A stretch of 64,000 nt of DNA from a virus (Duplodnaviria > Caudoviricetes), in IMG/VR virus record IMGVR_UViG_3300047557_002530. One strand, written 5' to 3'. The translations under genes and the position numbers were made by a program. Numbering within the stretch: position 1 is the stretch's first letter; each line of letters opens with the position of its first letter. Under the pieces are notes generated by a model. The model searched no databases and was not told the DNA's origin. It saw nothing but the letters and a program-made list of their open reading frames with translations. Below are positions 57,437-64,000 of the stretch, piece after piece.

Positions 57437-57883
57437 ATGGAAAAGATGGGAATGCTTACCATTCTTGATGAATGGTCTGATAAGGTTCACAGATACTGTA
57501 AAGTTCAGTGTGAATGTGGAACTATAAAAACAGTTCGCAGATCATCTATGAAACCTGGACAAACAGTATCTTGTGGATGTTATAGACGAGAACTTGATAG
57601 AAAGAAGGGGAGAGATCTTCGTTCACCTATGTGGTCTCGGGCAAAATATAGAGCAAAACAAAAGGGTCTGGATTTTAATATCACAAAAGAAGATATTGTT
57701 ATTCCAGACACCTGCCCTTTGTTAGGCACTCCTATGGAATCGCCATCATTAGATCGTATTGATTCTTCCAAAGGATATATCAAAGGTAATGTGTGGGTCA
57801 TCAGTAATAGAGCAAATACTTTAAAAAATGATGCTACATTACAAGAACTCAAAACATTAGTTGAAAATCTGGAGAAACTATGA
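57437..57883 (+). CDS. HNH homing endonuclease (paralog of 49110..49634)
   Basis: CEC...SCGC; SLDRIDSSKGY...NVWVISNRAN..KND; TATAAATA at 57408. Confidence 0.85.
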   Translation: MEKMGMLTILDEWSDKVHRYCKVQCECGTIKTVRRSSMKPGQTVSCGCYRRELDRKKGRDLRSPMWSRAKYRAKQKGLDFNITKEDIVIPDTCPLLGTPMESPSLDRIDSSKGYIKGNVWVISNRANTLKNDATLQELKTLVENLEKL

Positions 57884-58026
57884 AAGATACTTCTACAAAT
57901 CAACTTCCACCAAATCAAAAATACATTGGGTGGAAAGAAGTAAATGAAAAAGAATTTGATGAGTTGTTTCCTCCCATCCAAAAGAAAAATCGTGAGGAAG
58001 TTCTACCGCGAGGTAATGCACTCTAA
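57880..58026 (+). pseudogene. Small ORF ending in the stranded psbD 3' end ([10 protein letters not shown])
   Basis: GAGGAAGTTCTACCGCGAGGTAATGCACTCTAA at 57994-58026, followed by a terminator. Confidence 0.8.
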
Positions 58027-58245
58027 AAATAAATAAAAGGAGTTCTCTGAACTCCTTTTTTTATGCTCCTTATTCTTATTCTTTTTCAACTCTTTGGAAT
58101 CCTAATGTTTATATTATCTGTTATGCAAGACCTATGATAACTTCTACAACACCATATAAATTGGCAGAGATCATTAGAGATACTTGGCCAAACCTTTACA
58201 GACCGCCAATAAAGACTTATAATCAATCAAAAGCACAAGAAAAGA

Positions 58246-58530
58246 ATGTATGACTATTGGGTGGTGACAGACAAAACCACAGGTAGAGTAATCGCTCATT
58301 GCGGGGAAGAGAATGATGCATTGATGTTAGTTGGATTTGATAAAGATAAAAGAAATTATCGTAAACAAAAGTTTATTCTGGATCAGGTCATTACAGTAAC
58401 ATCAACAACAGATAAACAACTTCCTGGTCAATTGGGTTTACCTGCAGCAAAAGAAGAACTTCCTCCTATGGATCTTCAACAACAAGTATGGTTGCCTGAG
58501 GGACAGGGAATTCCAGTTAACGCTAAATAA
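58246..58530 (+). CDS. Hypothetical protein
   Basis: MYDYWVVTDKTTGRVIAHCG; intact ORF. Confidence 0.6.
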   Translation: MYDYWVVTDKTTGRVIAHCGEENDALMLVGFDKDKRNYRKQKFILDQVITVTSTTDKQLPGQLGLPAAKEELPPMDLQQQVWLPEGQGIPVNAK

Positions 58531-58550
58531 CTTTCAGTTTTATAACAATT

Positions 58551-58787
58551 ATGAAATTTACAGTTTATTCAAAAGACGGTTGCCCATATTGCACAAAGGT
58601 TCAACAAGTGCTAGAGTTGGCACAACTACAATACGTAGTCTACAAATTGAATACTGATTTTACTCGTGATGAGTTTTATGCTGAGTTTGGAGAAGGTTCT
58701 ACCTTTCCTCAAGTAATTATTAATGACAAACACATTGGTGGGTGTTCGGATACCGTTCAATATCTACAGGAGCAAAAATTAGTTTAA
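58551..58787 (+). CDS. Glutaredoxin
   Basis: CPYC, TFPQV, IGG. Confidence 0.92.
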   Translation: MKFTVYSKDGCPYCTKVQQVLELAQLQYVVYKLNTDFTRDEFYAEFGEGSTFPQVIINDKHIGGCSDTVQYLQEQKLV

Positions 58788-59146
58788 TGAATACGAACAT
58801 TCACGAAGTTTACAACGATGTAGAAAAAGCAATTGATTATGCATTCAATGGTCAGTTTGTTTTAAAATTTTATGACTATCTAAAAGTTCGTGGAACAAAA
58901 AAAGTAGAAGTCGAACAATTTATTGAAAGTTCTACTGCTACTGAAATTAGTAATCTTGTAATGGATTTGGATGATTATCTTGAAGGTGGATCAGATGAGA
59001 TTCATAAACAACTTCGCGAAGGATACGGGCACATTCCAAAACCACAGGCAAGAAAAATAAGAAATTATCTATATGGTATTCTTGAAGATGCCTGGAGATA
59101 TAATCATGATAAACGACCAGGAAGAAGAAAGAAGCAAACTAAATAA
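58787..59146 (+). CDS. Conserved cyanophage hypothetical protein
   Basis: MNTNIHEVYNDVEKAIDYAF...EGYGHIPKPQARKI. Confidence 0.7.
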   Translation: MNTNIHEVYNDVEKAIDYAFNGQFVLKFYDYLKVRGTKKVEVEQFIESSTATEISNLVMDLDDYLEGGSDEIHKQLREGYGHIPKPQARKIRNYLYGILEDAWRYNHDKRPGRRKKQTK

Positions 59147-59327
59147 GTCAGAACCCCAAATCAATAGGGGCGTTGAATTATTACTACGCAATAGGAGGAG
59201 ATCATCTGCACCAAAGACTTTTCAAGTGAAGTTTGGTAAAATGATCTCTCTTTTTCGTAGGGAGTTTCATTTCTTTATAGAATTTAACTTTGATGTAAGA
59301 AAAAAATAAACTCTCTGGAGAAAACAA

Positions 59328-59564
59328 ATGGAAACAGCATATGTAGTAACATTCATTACAATGTTTACCTTGCTCTTTTTTATGGTAGGAGGTATAATAG
59401 GCTGGTTAACTTACCGACATTTGCTGGAATCAAGACCTCCATATTTGCATCCAGAGTTCTTTGACGAAAATGGGCAGGTTATTCCTGACGAAATAGTATC
59501 TGTACGATTTGAAAACAATTACGACTATGACTACGACGACGAAAACGAAGAGAGCGACGACTGA
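59328..59564 (+). CDS. Small membrane protein
   Basis: TM helix then HPEFFDENG. Confidence 0.7.
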   Translation: METAYVVTFITMFTLLFFMVGGIIGWLTYRHLLESRPPYLHPEFFDENGQVIPDEIVSVRFENNYDYDYDDENEESDD

Positions 59565-60099
59565 AAAACCGATTGAAACTCTTCCGACAAACCCCTTTGT
59601 TTTTGAGATTCTAGAACTTGCATCAAAGCAAAGAAGCGATGCAAAGAAGGTTGAAGTTCTTAAAACTTATGAACATGATTCTCTAAAGACTATTTTTATT
59701 TGGAACTTTGACGAATCTGTTATTTCTCTTTTACCTGAAGGAGAAGTTCCCTATGGCGATGTGAAAGATCAAAATGTATATTCTGGATCACTTTCAACAA
59801 ATCTCTCCATGGAAGCAAGGGGAGGAGAGTCTGCTACCGGTCAAGATCTAGATGGTAGAGGAAGAACTTCTTTGAGGAGAGAATATCAAAACCTATATCA
59901 CTATGTAAAAGGTGGTAACAATACTCTATCTACGATCCGTAGAGAGATGATGTTTATTAATCTTCTCCAGGGACTTCATCCTAGGGAAGCGGAAGTTTTG
60001 ATTCTTACAAAAGATAAAAAACTCCAAACTAAATACAAGATAACTCTTGAGAATGTAAAAGAAGCATACCCCGATGTTCAGTGGGGTGGTCGTTCATGA
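59509..60099 (+). CDS. Conserved T4-like hypothetical protein
   Basis: SLLPEGEVPY...RREMMFINLLQGLHPREAEVL. Confidence 0.72.
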   Translation: MKTITTMTTTTKTKRATTEKPIETLPTNPFVFEILELASKQRSDAKKVEVLKTYEHDSLKTIFIWNFDESVISLLPEGEVPYGDVKDQNVYSGSLSTNLSMEARGGESATGQDLDGRGRTSLRREYQNLYHYVKGGNNTLSTIRREMMFINLLQGLHPREAEVLILTKDKKLQTKYKITLENVKEAYPDVQWGGRS

Positions 60100-60434
60100 G
60101 TGTAGCAGTAGGAGAAAAGAAAAAAATGGCAGAAAATAAAACTAAGATTAATAAAGTTCTGCCTCATGAATATGGATGTGAAATTCTTTTAGAAAAAACT
60201 ACTGTAGAAAAAGCAAAAGATTCTTCACTTCCTAATGATGCATACTTGATTTGGTATGTTGTGGGGGGTGAAGAGCACATTGATCTAACTCGTTGCCCCA
60301 AGCGAGTGAATCTTTTTGATATGTATTATGATAAGTATGGTCCAGGTGCAGTTAAAAAGATTGATTTTGGATATGGTAGAACTAATCCAAAACTTTGGGG
60401 ATACAAACAACCAGAGAAGAAAAAAAGAAAATGA
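60096..60434 (+). CDS. Hypothetical protein
   Basis: YGCEILLE...GYGRTNPKLW. Confidence 0.65.
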   Translation: MSVAVGEKKKMAENKTKINKVLPHEYGCEILLEKTTVEKAKDSSLPNDAYLIWYVVGGEEHIDLTRCPKRVNLFDMYYDKYGPGAVKKIDFGYGRTNPKLWGYKQPEKKKRK

Positions 60435-60610
60435 GTCAAGGATTTGATGTAGAAATTGAAATGCCGAAGTCTGACATTGACAGACTTCTTAAGCAATATA
60501 AAAAAGTAAAAAAATATCAAAAATCATCTCTGTACGCTATCAAAACAATGGACGGAACAGAAGAGATTGTTAGTTCATTGGTGAAGGAAGCGGAGGAGAA
60601 TCCACTGTAA
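60431..60610 (+). CDS. Hypothetical protein
   Basis: MSQGFDVEIEMPKSDIDRLLK. Confidence 0.55.
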   Translation: MSQGFDVEIEMPKSDIDRLLKQYKKVKKYQKSSLYAIKTMDGTEEIVSSLVKEAEENPL

Positions 60611-60937
60611 ATGGGAAAGCATTATCTACTTAACTTGTATGGATGCTCGTTTGTTCTTTTGGACGACGAGCGTTGTCTTATAGACTTATTGGAAAACGCA
60701 GCAGTTGCAAGCGGTGCTACTGTGGTTCAAACTATCTCAAAGAAGTTTGAACCACAGGGAGTCACTGTGATTTGCCTGTTATCTGAAAGTCATATTAGCA
60801 TTCATACTTGGCCTGAGGAAGGTAAGGCAGCAGTGGACGTTTATACTTGTGGTGATTGTAATCCAAAGATTGGGTGTGATATTATCATTCAACAACTTTA
60901 TGCAACTAATCACACGTTAAGTTACATAGAACGGTAA
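60611..60937 (+). CDS. speD: S-adenosylmethionine decarboxylase proenzyme family
   Basis: GKHYL, FEPQGVT, LLSESHISIHTWPE, DVYTCG. Confidence 0.92.
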   Translation: MGKHYLLNLYGCSFVLLDDERCLIDLLENAAVASGATVVQTISKKFEPQGVTVICLLSESHISIHTWPEEGKAAVDVYTCGDCNPKIGCDIIIQQLYATNHTLSYIER

Positions 60938-60947
60938 CAAAAGTTAC
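60934..60947 (+). promoter_or_regulatory. Candidate NtcA box
   Basis: GTA-ACAAAAGT-TAC, upstream of TTGCAT-N17-TATAAT. Confidence 0.5.
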
Positions 60948-60990
60948 AGAACTTTTTGCATAACTATACTAACAGGTCTATAATGACCTT

Positions 60991-61085
60991 ACGTTCATCC
61001 CTATGGGACGGAAGTAAGCCGACGCGGAACGGAACGTTCATTCGCTATTCGCAAATAGCGAACGCAAACGCCGACTGAAGGAACG
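60991..61085 (+). ncRNA. Tandem glutamine riboswitch (glnA-type) aptamers
   Basis: Two CGTTCA...GGAACG units with internal hairpins and GGAAGTAAG / CGCAAA...CTGAAG loops. Confidence 0.8.
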
Positions 61086-61117
61086 CTCTTTAACCTAAAC
61101 CATTAAGGAGAGCCCTA

Positions 61118-61255
61118 ATGTCTAAAGTAGTATATCGCGGTGTTGAGTATGACACCCAAAAGCGTCTTGAGTATCAACAACAAATGATGCAGCAACCCCA
61201 ACAATACAATGAAACCTATCGTGGTGTTAAGTTTGTAAAGGAGGGGCACAAATGA
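61118..61255 (+). CDS. DUF4278-like small protein
   Basis: Two YRGV motifs; AAGGAG RBS; downstream of the riboswitch. Confidence 0.8.
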   Translation: MSKVVYRGVEYDTQKRLEYQQQMMQQPQQYNETYRGVKFVKEGHK

Positions 61256-61350
61256 AAAAACTCAATGTACTTCAACTCATTAAAGAGCAGAAGCAAAAAG
61301 AAGAGAGGCGTCGTAAGGCATCTCTTGCTATTCTGGTAGCAGCAAAATAA
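61252..61350 (+). CDS. Small basic peptide
   Basis: MKKLNVLQLIKEQKQKEERRRKASLAILVAAK; ATGA overlap. Confidence 0.6.
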   Translation: MKKLNVLQLIKEQKQKEERRRKASLAILVAAK

Positions 61351-61414
61351 TTTAGAGGAGTGCTTGACACTCCTCTTTTTTTTGTCTATAATACCTTTGT
61401 CGAGGTTGATAAAA

Positions 61415-61597
61415 ATGGATAGAGAAAAGATTAAGCTAATTGTCAGAAACCTTGAGTCTCTGGTAGAATGCTTGAAGGCAGAGATTGAACCTGAGATTGA
61501 AAATGAGGTAAAGGATCCTGTCTATGATGAGATTAAAACTTTTTTAACTGACTACGACGAAGTATTTTATGACGAGGAAGATGAATACGATGTATGA
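61415..61597 (+). CDS. Hypothetical protein
   Basis: MDREKIKLIVRNLESLVECLK. Confidence 0.65.
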   Translation: MDREKIKLIVRNLESLVECLKAEIEPEIENEVKDPVYDEIKTFLTDYDEVFYDEEDEYDV

Positions 61598-62300
61598 TGA
61601 CTTTGAGTTTATGAAACCAGAAGTAAAACTCATTAGTGTTACTCCTGACGCAGAAAAGCACATGGCATATTGTGCTCGGGTAAGTAATCCTGCTAATCAG
61701 GATAATGAAAAGTTTTCTGGTCTACTTAAGTATTGTATTCAACATCAACACTGGAGTATCTTCGAACAAGCTTCAATGACTGTTGAGATCAATACTACTC
61801 GTGGACTGGCAGCTCAAATTCTTCGACATCGTTCATTTACATATCAAGAATTTTCACAACGTTATGCTGACACGAATCTTCTGAATAATATTATTCCTCT
61901 TCCTGAACTACGTCGTCAGGATACTAAGAATCGTCAGAACAGTATTGATGACATTCCTGACTATTTGAAACTGACTCTGACAGAAGACATTCGCGTTCAT
62001 TTTGAGCAGGGTCTACGCCTCTACAACCGCCTTCTAGAGAAGGGTGTAGCAAAGGAGTGCGCGAGGTTCGTATTGCCCCTAGCGACGCCCACAAGACTCT
62101 ATATGACCGGTTCTGTAAGGTCGTGGATACATTACATTGATCTTCGCTCTGCACATGGTACGCAGAAGGAACATATGGAGATTGCAGAACTTGTCCGCTG
62201 TATCTTTACTTGCCAGTTCCCTGCTGTATCTGAAGCACTTGGTTGGACTCGTGATGGGTGTATTGAATGCAATGATGCACCTTCCATTACTATTGAATAA
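61590..62300 (+). CDS. thyX: FAD-dependent thymidylate synthase
   Basis: HWSIFE, QILRHRSFTYQEFSQRY, ECARFVLP. Confidence 0.96.
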   Translation: MYDDFEFMKPEVKLISVTPDAEKHMAYCARVSNPANQDNEKFSGLLKYCIQHQHWSIFEQASMTVEINTTRGLAAQILRHRSFTYQEFSQRYADTNLLNNIIPLPELRRQDTKNRQNSIDDIPDYLKLTLTEDIRVHFEQGLRLYNRLLEKGVAKECARFVLPLATPTRLYMTGSVRSWIHYIDLRSAHGTQKEHMEIAELVRCIFTCQFPAVSEALGWTRDGCIECNDAPSITIE

Positions 62301-62329
62301 ATATCCTTACATACGATGGAGGTGTAACA

Positions 62330-62578
62330 TTGGCAACATATCCAGTTTATAATAAAGTTACTGGTGAACAAAAAGAAGTCTCTATGAGTGTTCACGATTG
62401 GGATCAGTGGAAACAAGATAATCCTGATTGGGATAGAGATTGGTCTGACCCATCAACTTGCCCTAACTCTGGGGAAGTTGGTGAGGTTTATGATAGACTT
62501 AAGAAGTCTCACCCAGGATGGAATGATGTTCTTAAGCGAGCATCACAAGCACCAGGTTCAAAAGTAAAACCAGTTTAA
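62330..62578 (+). CDS. Conserved hypothetical protein
   Basis: MATYP...GWNDVLKR...PGS. Confidence 0.7.
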   Translation: MATYPVYNKVTGEQKEVSMSVHDWDQWKQDNPDWDRDWSDPSTCPNSGEVGEVYDRLKKSHPGWNDVLKRASQAPGSKVKPV

Positions 62579-62584
62579 TTCTAT

Positions 62585-63340
62585 ATGGCAAGAAAAAGAA
62601 GAGTAGAAGATCAACCAATTGGTGTTGGAATGACTGCCAAACAAATGAAACGCAAGAAACCAATTGGTCTTGACTTAATGAGAGATATTGAACCTCTCAC
62701 AGATAATCAGAAACTTCTATATGAAGCATATGAAAAGGGACAAAACCTTGTTGCTTATGGATGTGCGGGAACAGGTAAAACATTTATCACTTTATATAAT
62801 GCCCTTCAAGATGTACTAGATGAAAGAAGTCCTTACGAAAAAATCTATATTGTAAGATCTCTTGTTGCTACTCGTGAGATTGGTTTCCTACCTGGAGACC
62901 ATGAGGACAAGTCATCGCTTTATCAGATTCCTTATAAGAATATGGTGAAGTATATGTTCCAAATGCCAGATGACGCATCGTTTGAAATGCTCTATGGAAA
63001 CCTCAAAACTCAAGGTACGATTAGTTTTTGGAGCACTTCTTTTATTCGCGGAACTACTCTGGACAATGCAATCATTATCGTAGACGAGTTCCAAAACTTG
63101 AACTTTCATGAACTTGATAGTATCATTACTCGTGTTGGTGAGAACTCAAGGATTATGTTCTGTGGTGATGCTACTCAATCTGATCTTATCAAAACAAATG
63201 AGAAGAATGGAATTGTTGATTTTATGAAAGTTCTTCGTATTATGCCCTCCATTGATACTATTGAATTTGGCGTAGATGACATTGTTCGTTCTGGTCTAGT
63301 TAAGGAATATATTCTCGCAAAAATGGAAGTTGGTGTATGA
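62585..63340 (+). CDS. phoH: PhoH-family ATPase
   Basis: GCAGTGKT, IGFLPG, FIRGTT, DEFQN, GDATQSD. Confidence 0.96.
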   Translation: MARKRRVEDQPIGVGMTAKQMKRKKPIGLDLMRDIEPLTDNQKLLYEAYEKGQNLVAYGCAGTGKTFITLYNALQDVLDERSPYEKIYIVRSLVATREIGFLPGDHEDKSSLYQIPYKNMVKYMFQMPDDASFEMLYGNLKTQGTISFWSTSFIRGTTLDNAIIIVDEFQNLNFHELDSIITRVGENSRIMFCGDATQSDLIKTNEKNGIVDFMKVLRIMPSIDTIEFGVDDIVRSGLVKEYILAKMEVGV

Positions 63341-64000
63341 CCTTTAATCATTGTAATTTTTTGGGTGATCTTGAACTAGAAAAGAAAGAAACAAATGGCA
63401 TCCGCTTGTATAATCTTCCCGATGGTCAGTGGGTGCCTTCTATCACATCTATAACCTCTTTCTACAATCGACAGATCTTTGTTGAATGGAGAAAGAGGAT
63501 TGGTGAAGAAAAAGCAAATGCAATTACAAGAAAAGCAACTGCAAGAGGAACTGACTTTCACCAAGTCTGTCAGGACTACTTGGAAAATAAAGAACTTGTT
63601 TGGGATGATTATCAACCCATGACAAAGTTCATGTATATTCATGCAAAGCCTTATCTGGATAAGATAAATAATATTCACGCCATTGAAAGGACTCTCTATT
63701 CTGAATACCTTGGACTTGCTGGACGAGTTGATTGTATCGCAGAATATGAAGGAGAATTGGCAGTTATTGACTTCAAAACTTCAGACAAGATCAAACCAGA
63801 AGAATGGATTGAAAATTACTTCGTTCAAGAGACATTCTACGCCGCTGCATATTACGAACTCACTGGTCAAGTTGTTAAAAAACTCATCACACTAATGGTA
63901 ACTCCTGGCGGCGAAGTTAAAGTATTTGACAAAAGGAACAAGGGGGACTATATTAAACTATTAGTTCGTTATATCAAAGAATTTGTACATCACAATACTA
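63337..64000 (+). CDS. PD-(D/E)XK (Cas4/RecB-like) exonuclease, runs off the window end
   Basis: PSIT, RGTDFH, LAGRVDCIAEYEGELAVIDFKTS. Confidence 0.88.
   Translation, partial: MTFNHCNFLGDLELEKKETNGIRLYNLPDGQWVPSITSITSFYNRQIFVEWRKRIGEEKANAITRKATARGTDFHQVCQDYLENKELVWDDYQPMTKFMYIHAKPYLDKINNIHAIERTLYSEYLGLAGRVDCIAEYEGELAVIDFKTSDKIKPEEWIENYFVQETFYAAAYYELTGQVVKKLITLMVTPGGEVKVFDKRNKGDYIKLLVRYIKEFVHHNT

Noticed and set aside
63337-64000. CRISPR system implied by a Cas4-like nuclease
   Set aside because: No repeat-spacer array or other cas genes; this exonuclease next to phoH is a usual T4-like cyanophage gene

Overview
A 64-kb segment of a T4-like cyanomyovirus genome (Synechococcus-type phage; the very large tRNA set suggests, but does not prove, a freshwater lineage). 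In order it holds: the T4 replication module (gp45, gp44, dam, gp62, regA, hsp20, gp43, uvsX, gp41, mazG, gp61, nrdA/nrdB); late-promoter genes for putative head-packaged proteins; an RNA island with 22 tRNAs, four tRNA-like RNAs, a circularly permuted tmRNA and a highly structured ~200-nt ncRNA; a gnd gene flanked by tiny ndhQ-like and ndhP genes; a 12-gene sugar-modification cluster; and a host-metabolism island (porin, pstS, two hli, petF, peroxiredoxin, psbA, psbD, glutaredoxin, speD, thyX, phoH). There are seven free-standing homing endonucleases. The best leads are: (1) psbD appears rebuilt by endonuclease cassettes, with old 5' and 3' ends stranded and the working gene carrying recoded termini; (2) an A_AAA_AAG slippery site plus stem that would fuse a C39-like peptidase to a GH24 lysozyme by -1 frameshifting; (3) the ndhQ-gnd-ndhP arrangement; (4) the permuted tmRNA and tRNA mimics, one with two T-arms. 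All family assignments come from motif recognition by eye; no database search was run.
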